A stretch of DNA of 64,000 nt, from contig CM068742.1 in NCBI GenBank assembly GCA_035084275.1, positions 154,132,001 through 154,196,000 of the forward strand. Reading direction: 5' to 3'. Each line of letters starts with the position of its first letter. Position 1 is the first letter of the stretch. Under the pieces are notes generated by a model, which worked only from the letters and a program-made list of their open reading frames with translations, made no database searches and was not told the origin of the DNA. The translations under genes and the position numbers were made by a program. Below are positions 1-12,300 of this stretch, one piece after another. The DNA is from Hydrolagus colliei. Lineage: Eukaryota.

Positions 1-316
1 ATGTCCAAGACTCATTGACTTGTCTTTCTTCAGGAAAGTTGAACTTTATTTATATATCACTCTCTGTCTCTCCCTCTATCTCTCTCTGTCTCTGTCTTTC
101 AGAATCTCTCCCTCTTACCTCAATCTCTGACAATCTCTATGTATCTCTCACTTTCTTTCTCTGTCTCTCCCCTCACCCCTGCCAGAGACTCTCTCTGTCG
201 CTCTCTCTCACTCTGTCTCTCTCTCTCTCACTCTGTCTCTCTCTCTCTCACTCTGTCTCTCTCTCTCTCACTCTGTCTCTCTCCCTCTGTGGTAACTGTG
301 CCTTTTCCTCTTTCAG

Positions 317-400
317 GCTGTGGAGTCAATGATTTCTGCACCACCCAGGGAGGGGATGTGTTGATAGACCAAGTCAACCAGGCCAAGGATTTGGACAAAA
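317..400 (+). pseudogene. Truncated exon-like island (GCGVNDFCTTQGGDVLIDQVNQAKDLDK), gene unidentified
   Basis: Strong acceptor ttttcctctttcag at 303-316; only the phase-1 frame is open; homologous to the inverted copy at 7731-7913. Confidence 0.4.
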
Positions 401-572
401 CTCTCTGTCTCTCTAAGTATCTCTCACTTTCTTTCTCTCTACATCTCAGTCTCTCACTCTGTATCTCTCAGTCTCTGTCTCTCACTCTCTCTCTCTGTCA
501 GCCAGTCAGGCAGCATCTATGGAGAAAGGAGAGTCTACAACCCTTTGTCAGTTTGTTGGCCCAAACAAGCCC

Positions 573-610
573 CAGTTCTGATGAAGGTTTGTAGACCTGA
601 AACGTTGGCT
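573..610 (+). ncRNA. Minimal type-I hammerhead-ribozyme-like motif in a Penelope-like repeat end
   Basis: CTGATGA (578-584), stem II AGGT/ACCT with TTGTAG loop, GAAAC-GTT (599-606), weak stem I AGTT/GGCT. Matches the minimal hammerhead layout described for Penelope-like elements. Confidence 0.55.
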
Positions 611-3600
611 ATTTTTCCTTTCTCCCCGGATGCTCAGCGAGGCCGTGGAGGGATTTTGACCAACAACAAATTCTTTAGTTCATTGATATTTATTGATGCA
701 AATGAGCAACAATAAATCCTAATGATGACGGGTTGATTGTATTATCTCTCTCTTTCTCTCTCTCTCTCCTCCAGGTTGGTTGTGTGGGAGCTGATCACTT
801 CTCTCTTCTCCTGTACCACCCCAATAGTCTGTGGGTCTGCATCTAGAGAGAGACAGAGAGTGAGAGAGAGAGATCGAGACAGAGAGTGAGTGACAGAGAG
901 AGATAGAGAGACAGAGATAGAGAGTGAGAGAGACAGAGAGTGAGAGACAGACATAGACAGAGATAGAGACGAAGAGTGAGAGAGAGAGATAACGACAGCG
1001 AGTGAGAGAGAAAGACAGACAGTTAGTGATGGAGACAGAGATAGAGACGGAGAGTGAGAGAGAGAGATCACGACAGCGAGTGAGAGAGAAAGACAGAAAG
1101 TTAGAGATGGAGACAGAGAGTGAGAGTGACACGTACAGACAGAGAGTGAGAGATATAGAGGGAGAGACAGAGAGTGACACATACAGAGAGAGAGATGTAG
1201 AGATACGGCGAGTGATATATAAATAAAGTTCAACTTTCCTGAAGTCCATGAATCTTGGCCGTTTCTCTTTGCACAATTCAAGCCCATCCCAGAATGCTGG
1301 GTACAGATAGTGGGAGAGAGAGAGAGAGAGAGAGGGAGAGAAGGTGAGAGAGTGAGCAAGAGAGAGAGGAAGGAGAGTGAGAGAGTAGGGGGAGAGTGAA
1401 CGAGAGAGAGAAAGAGAGAGCGAGAGAGAGACAGTGAGGGCGGAATCCTCGTGATCCCCAATCCACCATCAATGGCCGCCAATTCAGCCATTACATCCCC
1501 AAACTCTGGAACTCTCTCCCCCCAAACCTTGTCCCCTCCTACAAACAAAAACAGAATTCACTGGGAACCGTCAGCAGGTCAGGCAGCATCTATGGAGAGA
1601 GAAAAATGAGTCAATTTGATCAGAAGTGAGAGTTACTGAGGGAGAGAGAGAAAGAGATAGAGAAACAGACAGAGACAGAGTGTGAGAAAGAGAGAAATAG
1701 AGAGACAGAGAAAGAAAATGGGAACTAAGTATGGAGAGAAAGAAGGTGAAAGTGAGAGACATATAGAGAGACAGAGACTGAGAGATACAGAGAGAGAGAG
1801 AGAGATATATAGATTCACACACACACACACAAAGACATACTCACACAGACACATCTGTTACCAGGTTACACAACTACTGGAATCTGTCTCTCACGATCTC
1901 TAAGATGTCGGTGTCTTAATCCAATCAGCCCAATGCCCTCCTCGCTGGTCTCCCCTCCACCACCATTGAGAGTGAGAGATAGAGACACATAGAGACAGAG
2001 AGGGAGTGATAGAGAGAGACAGAGAGACAGATAGACATAGTGAGATACAGAGAGAGACAGAGAGTGAGATACCCAAGAGAAAGAGACAGAGAGCTAGAGA
2101 GAGAGAGAGAGAGATTCAGAATGTAAGAGTGACAGAGACACATAGAGAGATATAGAGATACAGAGAGTGATTGAAACCCTCAGCAGGTCAGGCAGCATCT
2201 ATGGAGATAGGAAATTGAATCAATGTTTCATCAGAACTCTGACGGCAGTGAGAGACACTGGGAGAGGGACAGAGAGGGGGAGAGAGAGAGAGAGAGACAC
2301 TGAGAGACAGGGAGAGAGACAGAATGATGTAGAGAGACAGAGAGTGAGGGTTACAGAGGAAGAGATAGAGAATGAGAGGTAGAAAGAGAGAGAGAGAGAG
2401 AGACAGAGTACGAGATGTAGAGAAAGAACATGGGAGATACTTAGAGACGTATAGAGAGACAGAGACCGAGAGATACAGAGAGAGAGACCGAGAGATACAG
2501 AGAGAGAGAGACCGAGAGAGACAGAGAGTGGGATACAGAGGGAGAGAGACAGAGATATATAGATACACACACACACAAAGACATACTTACATAGACACAT
2601 CTGTTACAAGGTTAAACAGCTACTGGAATCTGTCTCTCACGATCTCTAAGATGTCGGTGTCTTAATCCAAACAGCCCAATGCCCTCCTCGCTGGTCTCCC
2701 CTCCACCACCATTGAGAGTGAGAGATAGAGACACATAGAGACAGAGAGGGAGAGAGAGAGAGAGACAGAGAGTGGGATCGACAGAGAAAGAGACAGAGGG
2801 ATAGAGATAGGGAGAGAGAGATTCAGAGTGACAGAGATAGAGTGACACATGCCGAGAGAGATAGAGAGATATAGCGATACAGAGAGTGATTGAAACACTC
2901 AGCAGGTCAGGCAGCATCTACGGAGAGAGGAAAGTGAGTCAATATTTCATCAGAACTCTGATGGCAGCGAGAGACAGAGAGGGAGAGAGACACAGAAAGA
3001 GAGGGACAGAGAGGGAGAGACACTGGGAGACAAAGTGAGAGAGAGAGAGAGACAGAGAGATTTAGGGAGACAGAGAGTGAGGGTTGCAGATAAAGAATGA
3101 GAGATAAATAGAGAGATAGAGAGAGACAGAGAGTGAAATACAAAAGGGGAGACAGGGTTAGAGCTAGAGGGACTCACAGAGAGATACATAGAGAGAAAGA
3201 GACAGAGAGTGAGAGATATACAGAGAGAGAGAGAGTGAGATAAAGAGGGATAGACAGAGGGTGAGATACAGAGGGAGAGACAGAGTGTGAGAGATAGAGA
3301 GAGAGACAGAGATAGATAGATACACACAAAGACATACTCACACAGACACATCTGTTACCAGGTTAAACAGCTACTGGAATCTGTCTCTCACAATCTCTAA
3401 GATGTCGGTGTCTTAATCCAATCAGCCCAATGCCCTCCTCGCTGGTCTCCCCTCCACCACCATTGAGAGTGAGAGATAGAGACACATAGAGACAGAGAGG
3501 GAGTGATAGAGAGAGACAGAGAGAGAGACAGATAGACAGAGGGAGACAGAGAGTGAGATAGTCGGAGAAAGAGAGATAAGAGATATTGAGAAAGAGATTC

Positions 3601-3766
3601 AGAGTGCAAGAGTGACAAATAGAGACAGAGAGTGACACACACAGAGATAGAGAGAGATAGAGATACATAGAGTGATTGAAATACTCAGCAGGTCAGGCAG
3701 CATCTATGGAGAGAGAAGAAAGTGAGTCAATGTTTCATCAGAACACTGATGGCAGCGAGAGACACT

Positions 3767-3800
<34 letters not shown>

Positions 3801-4184
3801 GACAAAGGGAGAGAGAGAGAGAGAGATACTGAGAGACAGGTAGACAGAGTGAGATATAGAGGGAGACCGAGAGTGAAAATCAGAGAGAAAGAGTCAGAGA
3901 GATAGAGATATATCTCTACAGAGAGAGAGATTCAGAGTGACAGTGGGTGACACAGAGAGAGAGAGAGAGACAGAGAGAGGTATAGAGATACAGAGAGTGG
4001 TTGAAACCTTCACCAGGTCAGGCAGCATCTATGGAGAGAGGAGAGTGAGACAATTTTTTATCAGAACTATGATGGCAGCGAGAGACAGAGAGGGAGAGAG
4101 ACATTGAGAGGCAGAGAGAGAGAGAGAGAGAGAGAGATGTATGGAGACAGTAAGTGAGGGATACAGAGTAAGAGACAGAGGATG

Positions 4185-5893
4185 TTCGCCTCTGTCTTCA
4201 CAAAAGAAAAGGATACAGCCAATGCCATGGTATTAGAGGAGAGGGTAGGAGAAATGGATAGAATAATTATAACCAGAGAGGAAGTTCTAAAAAGGTTGAC
4301 GTCGCTCAAGGTGGATAAGTCACCTGGTCCGGATGGGATGCACCCTAGGTTACTAAGTGAGGCACGGGAGCAAATAGCAGGGACTCTGGCCACGATCTTT
4401 CAATCTTCCTTGGACACAGGGGTCGTGCCAGAGGACTGGAGGATAGCTAATGTTACTCCCTTGTATAAAAAGGGGCAGAAGGACAAGCCTGGTAACTACA
4501 GACCAGTCAGTCTAACGTCGGTAGTGGGCAAACTTCTAGAGTCCATAATCAGGGACAAGGTAGATCTTCACTTTGAAAGATAGAGGCTAATAAAGGACAG
4601 TCAACATGGATTTGTTAAAGGCAAATCTTGCCTTACAAATCTGATAGAATTTTTTGATGAGGTAACGGAATGAGTGGATAATGGTAGCGCAGTTGATGTA
4701 GTTTACATGGACTTTCAAAAGGCATTTGACAAAGTGCCACATGAGAGACTTATTATGAAATTAAAGGCCCATGGCGTAAAAGGGACAGTGGCAGCGTGGA
4801 TCCACAACTGGCTGCGAGACAGAAAGCAGAGAGTTGTAGTGAGCGGCTGTTTTTCAGACTGGAGGGAAGTGAGCAGTGGTGTGCCACAGGGATCGGTTTT
4901 GGGACCATTGCTGTTTGTAATCTACATCAATGATCTGGACTTGGGTGTAGGGAGTACAGTTTCCAAGTTTGCAGATGACACTAAGTTAGGGAGAATAGTA
5001 AATAGTGAGGATAGTAGCCATCTGCAAGAGGATATAGACAAATTGGTAAAGTGGGCAGACACATGGCAGATGAAGTTTAATGCAGAGAAGTGTGAGGTGA
5101 TGCATTTTGGGAGAAGAAATGAAGGGAGGCAATATAGGCTAGATAGTACAATTTTAAATGGTGTGAAGGAACAGAGAGACCTGGGGATTTGTGTTAGTGA
5201 CTCGTTGAAGGTGGCAGGACAGGTAGACAAGGCTGTTAAGAAGGCATATGGGATACTAGGCTTTATAAATAGGGGTATAGAGTACAAAAGTCAGGAAGTG
5301 CTGACTAACCTCTATAAGACTTTGGTGAGGCCTCAGCTGGAATACTGTGTTCAATTCTGGTCACCACACTACAGAAAGGATGTGAAGACATTGGAAAGGG
5401 TACAACGAAGATTTACTAGGATGGTGCCAGGATTGAGGGACTTCAGCTATGAGGAGAGGCTAGATAGGCTAGGGTTATTCTCTCTGGAGCAGAGAAGATT
5501 GAGGGGAGACCTAATAGAGATTTATAAGATCATGAGGGGTTTCGACAGGGCAAATAGAGAAAAACTATTTCCACTCGTGGGTTAATCTCTGACTCGTGGT
5601 CACAGATTTAAAATAGTTTCAAGGCGAAGTAGAGGGGAGCTGAGGAGAAATGTTTTCACTCAGCGAGTTGTTGGAATCTGGAATGCATTGCCTGAAAAGG
5701 TGGTGGAGGCTGATTCGATAACAACTTTTAAAAGGGAATTAGATCTTTATTTAGGGAGAACAGGTCTATTAGGCTATGGGGAGCGGGCAGGGCAGTGGGA
5801 TTGAATCGCTCTTTTCAAAGAGCCGGCACAGACTAGATGGGCCGAATGGCCTCCTTTTGTGCCGTAAAATTCTATGAATCTATGAATCTATGA
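4185..5893 (+). mobile_element. CR1-type LINE, 5'-truncated, RT domain plus 3' end
   Basis: ORF2 motifs [32 protein letters not shown]; 3' (ATTCTATG/ATCTATGA)n tail; in-frame stops at ~4581 and ~4671. Confidence 0.95.
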
Positions 5894-6336
5894 GAGACAG
5901 GTAGAGAGACAGATAGAGAGACAGAGACCAAGAGATACAGAGAGAGAGAAAGAGAGAGAGAGACAGATGTTGAGAGACATAGATACTGTATATAGATACA
6001 CACACACACACACACAAAGACATACTTACACAGACACATCTGTTACCAGGTTAAACAGCTACTGGAGTCTGTCTCTCACGATCTCTAAGATGTCGGTGTC
6101 TTAATCCAATCAGCCCAATGCCCTCCTCGCTGGTCTCCAGATAGAGATAGAGAGGGAGAGATAGAGAGAAACAGAGAGAGAGAGAGAGAGACAGAGACAG
6201 AGTGAGAGATAGAGAGAAACAGGCAGAGAGAGAGAGAGATACAGATAGACAGAGTGAGAGACAGAGGGAGACAGAGAGTGAGAATCACAGAGGTAGAGAT
6301 ACAGAGAGAGATTTAGAGTGACAGAGATAGTAGATA

Positions 6337-7198
6337 CATAGAATTTTACGGCACAAAAGGAGGCCATTCGGCCCATCTAGTCTGTGCCGGCTCTTTGAAA
6401 AGAGCGATTCAATCCCACTTCCCTACCCGCTCCCCATAGCCTAATAGACCTGTTCTCCCTAAATAAAGATCTAATTCCCTTTTAAAAGTTGTTATCGAAT
6501 CAGCCTCCACTACCTTTTCAGGCAATGCATTCCAGATTCCAACAACTCGCTGAGTGAAAAAAATTCTCCTCAGCTCCCCTCTACTGCGCCTTGAAACTAT
6601 TTTAAATCTGTGACCACCAGTCACAGATTCGCCCACGAGTGGAAATAGTTTTTATCTATTTGCCCTGTCGAAACCCCTCATGACCTTATAAACCTCTATG
6701 AGGTCTCCCCTCAATCTTCTCTGCTCCAGAGAGAATAACCCTAGCCTATCTAGCCTCTCCTCATAGCTGAAGTCCCTCAATCCTGGCACCATCCTAGTAA
6801 ATCTTCTTTGTACCCTTTCCAATGTCTTCACATCCTTTCTGTAGTGTGGTGACCAGAATTGAACTGAGGCCTCAGTATTCCAGCTGAGGCCTCACCAAAG
6901 TTTTATAGAGGTTAGTCAGCACTTCCTGACTTTTGTATTCTATACCCCTATTTATAAAGCCTCGTATCCCATATGCCTTCTTAACAGCCTTGTCTACCCG
7001 TCCTGCCATGTTCAACAAATCACTAACACAAATCCCCAGGTCTCTCTGTTCCTTCACACCATTTAAAATTGTACTATCTAGCCTATATTGCCTCCCTTCA
7101 TTTCTTCTTCCAAAATGCATCACCTCACATTCCTCTGCATTAAACTTCATCTGCCATGTGTCTGCCCACTTTACAAATTTGTCTATATCCTCTTGCAG
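6337..7198 (-). mobile_element. CR1-type LINE 3' fragment
   Basis: Reverse-strand ORF2 C-terminus (WADTWQMKFN...WNALP); catagaat tail at the left end; duplicated at 19556-20418. Confidence 0.93.
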
Positions 7199-7730
7199 TG
7201 ATAGAGAATGACACATAGAGAGACAGAGAGAGAGATATAGAGATACAGAGGGTGGTTGAAACACTCAGAAGCTCAAGCAGCATCTATGGAGAGAGGAAAG
7301 TTTGCCAATGTTTCATCAGAACTCTCATGGCAGCAAGAGACACTGAGACAGAGAGGGAGAGAGACACAGAGAGAGGGAGAGACACTAAGAGGCAAAGTGA
7401 GAGAGAGAGATGCAGGGAAACAGGAAGTGAGGGTAACAGATAATGAGACAGAGAATGGGAGATAGACAGAGAGATAGAGAGTGAAATACAAATGGGAGAC
7501 AGGGTTAGAGATAGAGAGTGACATATATATATATATACATATAGATACACAAATACAAGGGGACACACACCACAGACATCCACACATAGAGAACTTTCAC
7601 ACACACACAAACACAAACAGAAACACTCACCCACTGTCCATGACCTGGTTAAACAGCTGCTGGAGTCTGTCTCTCATGATCTCTAAGATGTTGGTGTCTC
7701 TCTGTCTCTGAGGCTGAATCTGTCCCTTAC

Positions 7731-7913
7731 CCACCAGAGTTAAGGCATTCCACGTCTTGTCCAAATCCTTGGCCTGCCCAGGTAGCAAACCCATATGGGA
7801 CAAATTGGGTTGATGCCAACATGGGCCCCACATGGGTTTGCTACCTGGGTAGTTGACCACGTCTATTAACACATCCCCTCCCTGGGTGGTGTAGCAATCA
7901 TTGTCTGCACAGC
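7731..7913 (-). pseudogene. Phase 1-1 exon-like segment (108 bp plus in-frame MITE), gene unidentified
   Basis: Acceptor tttcctctttcag, donor GG|gtaagg; peptide without the MITE is GCADNDCYTTQGGDVLIDVVNQAKDLDKTWNALTLVG; second copy at 20964-21146. Confidence 0.5.
7777..7849. mobile_element. 73-bp foldback MITE (CCCAGGTAGCA TIR, 2-bp TSD, CMC/EnSpm-like)
   Basis: ~23-bp TIR cccaggtagcaaacccat(a/g)tggg; empty site visible at ~375-385 on the opposite strand; flanks tg/ta; second copy 21010-21082. Confidence 0.75.
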
Positions 7914-8038
7914 CTGAAAGAGGAAAAGGCACAGTTACCACACAAGACATCACAGGAGAGATTCGGGAGGAAAGCCCATTTGATTTCCAACTTCAGTCAG
8001 CCCATCACAGCTTCTCAATTGGTTTGGAGCAATTTATA

Positions 8039-8218
8039 CTGGTTACCAAACAATGGGAACATTACCTGGCAAGTTAGCCAACATGTGGGTTACCAAATAA
8101 GGACATAACCTAGTCACGGTGACTGCTGGTGGGGAGATGGGGGCAGGATTATGGCCTTATTTGGTAATCAACCTGGTTGCTAACTTGCCAGGTAATGTTG
8201 CCATTGTTTGGTAACCAA
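8039..8218. mobile_element. 180-bp TA-flanked foldback MITE (Tc1/mariner-like)
   Basis: ~65-bp imperfect TIR (tggttaccaaacaatgg...ttaccaaataagg), TA on both sides; copies at 14514-14693, 21276-21455 and 23369-23548. Confidence 0.75.
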
Positions 8219-8264
8219 TACAGTTGCTCGTCAACCAGTTTGTTGCTTGTGCTGCTGACATAAT

Positions 8265-8460
8265 AACAATAATAATAATCCTTGCATTTGATGTAGCGCT
8301 TTTCACGCCTTCTAGACTGTGTCTCAAAGTGCTTCACACAATATACTGTAAAGTGAAGTGACTGTATATTTGTGGGTGAAGCGCGGCAGCCGATTGCGCA
8401 CAGCAGCGTCCCCACAAACAGCTGTGGGTGAAATGACCAACTTATTATTGGTTTAGAGAC
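8265..8460 (-). mobile_element. SINE 3' half with L2-type tail
   Basis: Reverse of gtgggac..gctgtgcgcaatcggctgccgcg...gaagcactttgagac...gtgaaaagcgctacatcaaatgcaagg(att)n; copies at ~14745, ~21500 and ~23590. Confidence 0.7.
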
Positions 8461-8876
8461 TAAAGTGCAACCAACTCAGCCAGGCTGATGATAACAATGC
8501 TGTGTTTGATAGAGAGCCTTATGATAAGAACATGAGAATAAGGAACAGGAGTAGGCCTTTCAGCCCCTCAAGCCTGCCCCGCCATTCAATATGATACTAA
8601 AAAATCTATCAATCTTAGTCATGAATATGTTCAAGGACTGAGCATCGACAAACTTTTGGGTAGAGAATCAATTCACTACCCTCTGAGTGAAGAAGCGTTT
8701 CCTCAACTCTGTGTAAAAAGGCTGACACTTAATCTTAAGACTCTGACCCCTAGTTATAGTTTCTTCAGCCAGGGGAAACAGTCTCCCAATGTCTACTCTG
8801 TCATGGCCCTTAATAATCTTCTAGGTTTGATAAGATCATCTCTAATTCTTCTATATTGTAGAGAATAGAGTCCTAG

Positions 8877-9344
8877 TCAAATCTTGCCTTACAAATCTGA
8901 TAGAATTTTTCAACAATGTAACAGAATGTGTGGACGAGGGCAGCACAGTTGATGTAGTTTACATGGACTTTCAAAAGGCATTTGACAAAGTGCCGCATGA
9001 GAGGCTTATTAGGAAAATAGAGGCCCACGGCTTTAAAGGGACAGTGATAGTGTGGATCCACAACTGGCTGTGAGACAGAAAGCAGAGGGTTGTGGTGAGT
9101 GGCTGCTTTTCGGAGTGGAGGGAAGTGTGCAGTGGCGCCCCCCAGGGATCAGTTTTGGGACCACTGCTCTTTTTAATATACACTAATGATTTGGATTCAA
9201 GGAGTACGGTTTCCAAATTTGCAGATGATAATAAGTTAGGGAGAATATTAAATAGTGAGGAGGATAGTAGCCATCTGCAAGAGGATATAGAGGAAATGGT
9301 AAAGTGGGCAGACACATGGCAGAAGAAGTTTAATACAGAGAAGT
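8877..9344 (+). mobile_element. Older CR1 copy, 5' part (continues at 13711-14506)
   Basis: RT fragment; the contiguous version is at 22103-23361 in the duplicated block. Confidence 0.85.
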
Positions 9345-12300
9345 AAAAAAAGAGGCTTATGATAAGTGTCAGGCTCAAAATTCAGAAGGGAACCAAGCAG
9401 AATATAGGAAGTGTAGGATAGAACTAAAAAAGGAAGTTAGAGGGGCAAAGAGACTGCATGAGAAACAATTAGCGAGTAAGATTAAGGGGAACCCTAAGGT
9501 TTTTTACCAACATATTAAGAGTAAAAGGTTGGTCAAGGATAGGGTGGGGCCAATTAGGGACCTAGGAGGAAATCTCATTGTGGAGGCAGAGGGCATGGCT
9601 GATGTACTGAATGAGTACTTCGCCTCTGTCTTCACAAAAGAAAAGGATACAGCCAATGCCATGGTATTGGAGGAGAGGGTAGGAGAAATGGATAGAATAA
9701 TTATAACCAGAGAGGAAGTGCTAAAAAGGTTGACGTCGCTCAAGGTGGATAAGTCACCTGGTCCGGATGGGATGCACCCTAGGTTACTAAGGGAGGCACG
9801 GGAGCAAATAGCAGGGATTCTGGCCACGACCTTTCAATCTTCCTTGGACACAGGGGTCGTGCCAGAGGACTGGAGGATAGCTAATGTTACTCCCTTGTAT
9901 AAAAAGGGGCAGAAGGACAAGCCTGGTAACTACAGACCAGTCAGTCTAACGTCGGTAGTGGGCAAACTTCTAGAATCCATAATCAGGGACAAGGTAGATC
10001 TTCACTTAGAAAGATATAGGCTAATAAAGGACAGTCAACATGGATTTGTTAAAGGCAATTCTTGCCTTACAAATCTGATAGAATTTTTTGATGAGGTAAC
10101 GGAATGGGTGGATAATGGTAGTGCAGTTGATGTAGTTTACATGGACTTCCAAAAGGCATTTGACAAAGTGCCACATGAGAGACTTATTAGGAAATTAAAG
10201 GCCCACGGCGTAAAAAGGACAGTGGCAGAGTGGATCCACAACTGGCTGCGAGACAGAAAGCAGAGAGTTGTAGTGAGCGGCTGTTTTTCAGACTGGAGGG
10301 AAGTGAGCAGTGGTGTGCCACAGGGATCGGTTTTGGGACCATTGCTGTTTGTAATCTACATCAATGATCTGGACTTGGGTGTACGGAGTACAGTTTCCAT
10401 GTTTGCAGATGACACTAAGTTAGGGAGAATAGTAAACAGTGAGGAGGATAGTACCCATCTGCAAGAGGATATAGACAAATTGGTAAAGTGGGCAGACACA
10501 TGGCAGATGAAGTTTAATGCAGAGAAGTGTGAGGTGATGCATTTTGGGAGAAGAAATGAAGGGAGGCAATATAACAACAACAAATTACATTTATAGAGCG
10601 CCTTTCACGTCGGGAGGACGTCCCAAGGCGCTGCACAGGATGCGTGTGACCCGAGCTGAGAGGGGAGTGTTTGGGAAGGGGTGAAACACGAAGGGGAGGT
10701 AAAAGAGTTCGAGGTGGAACAAAAGGCACGATCGAAGAGGAAAGTCTTCAAACCGGCCTTGAAAGAGGAAAGGGAAGAAACGAGATGGAGGGATTGAGGG
10801 ATAGCATTCCATAGGGTGGGAGCGGAGAAACTGTAGGCCCGGCCTCCGATGGTGCGGCGGTTCGGGCGGGGGGCTTGGAGCAGGCCAAGTCCTGTTGAAC
10901 GGAGGATCCGGGTGGGCTTGTAGGGGGAGAGTAGGTCAGTTAAATAGGGCGGGGCAAGGCCGTGTAAGGCCTTGTAGGTGAGGACGAGGATCTTGAACTC
11001 GATCCTCTGGAGGATGGGGAGCCAGTGGAGACGGGCGAGGGTGGGGGTTATGTGGTCACGGAGGCGGGTGCGGTATAGTACACGGACTGCAGAGTTTTGG
11101 ATGGCCTGCAGCCTGTGAATGGAGGAACTGGGGAGGCCGACGAGGAGAGAGTTTCCATAGTCCAGCTGTGAGGTGATGTATGCGTGCACGAGTGTTTCGG
11201 CAGCGCCGGGGGTGAGATAGTTGTGGAGCCTGGCAATGTTGCTCAGGTGGAAATAAGCGGTGCCGGTCAAGGTGCGGATGTGGGGGAGGAAGGAAAGTTT
11301 TTGATCGAACATGATGCCGAGGTTCCTGATTGGCTTTGTGAGGTGGAGAGTGCAGCCTTGGATGTTGAGGCTGGCAGCGCCCGATGTGCGGAGGCGCTGG
11401 CTTGAGCCAATCAGGAGGGCCTCGGTCTTACTCGTGTTCAATTGCAAAAAGTTGTCCCTCGTCCAGGACTCGATGTCGGACAGACAAGCTGTCAGAACAT
11501 TGATGGTTTGGGGGTTGAGTGATGAGGCAGAAAGGTACAACTGGGTGTCGTCTGCATACATGTGGAAATTTACCCCATGTCTGCGGATGACGTCGCCCAG
11601 GGGGAGCGTGTAAAGGGTGAAAAGGAGGGGGCCTAAAACAGAGCACTGAGGAACACCGTGAGTAACTGTGCGGGGGTTTGAAGAAAAAACATTGGAAGAA
11701 ACAAAATGTAAACGGTGGGTCAAATAAGAATGGAACCAGTCAAGGACTGTGCCTTGAAGGTTGAGGTGGGAGGAAAGATATTGAAGGAGGATGGTGTGAT
11801 CGACTGTGTCGAACTCAGCAGACAGGTCAAGGAGGACGAGGAGGCAGAGGGAGCCCTGGTCACAGGCGGTTAGGATGTCATTTGTAACCTTAACCGGGGC
11901 AGTTTCTGTGCTGTGGATAGGGCGGAAACCTGATTGGAGGGGTTCAAAAAGTGAATGAGTTGAAAGGAAAGAGTGGAGCTGGGAGGCAACCACTCTTTCA
12001 AGGACCTTGGATAAAAACGGGAGGTTGGAGATGGGTCGATAACTTGATAGTTGCGATGCATCAAGGGAGGGTCTCTTCAGGATAGGGGTGATGGTGGCTG
12101 TCTTAAGGGAGGTAGGGACGGTGCCTGAGGAGAGGGAAAGGTTAATGGTGTCAGAATTGAGCGGGGCTATCAAATGGAGCTGGGTGCGGAGGAGGGGGGT
12201 GGGGATGGGGTCCAATGAGCACGTTGTGGGTTTCATGGAGGTAATTGTTTTTGTGACTGAAAGCGGGGTGGTGGGGTTGAAAGTGTGAAATGGGGGGTGA

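Larger units (their letters stand above)
1..4184. repeat. GA/CT-rich low-complexity satellite with ~750-bp composite tandem units
   Basis: Long (GA)n/(GACA)n tracts separated by recurring unique islands; island gacacatctgttaccagg...ccaccaccattgagag recurs at ~1848, ~2595, ~3345 and again at ~6032 beyond a CR1 insertion. The LSLSLS/RERERE ORFs here are by-products. Confidence 0.9.

Noticed and set aside
15-3668. Many LSLSLS / RERERE ORFs, including transmembrane-looking ones
   Set aside because: Translations of (CT)n/(GA)n microsatellite.
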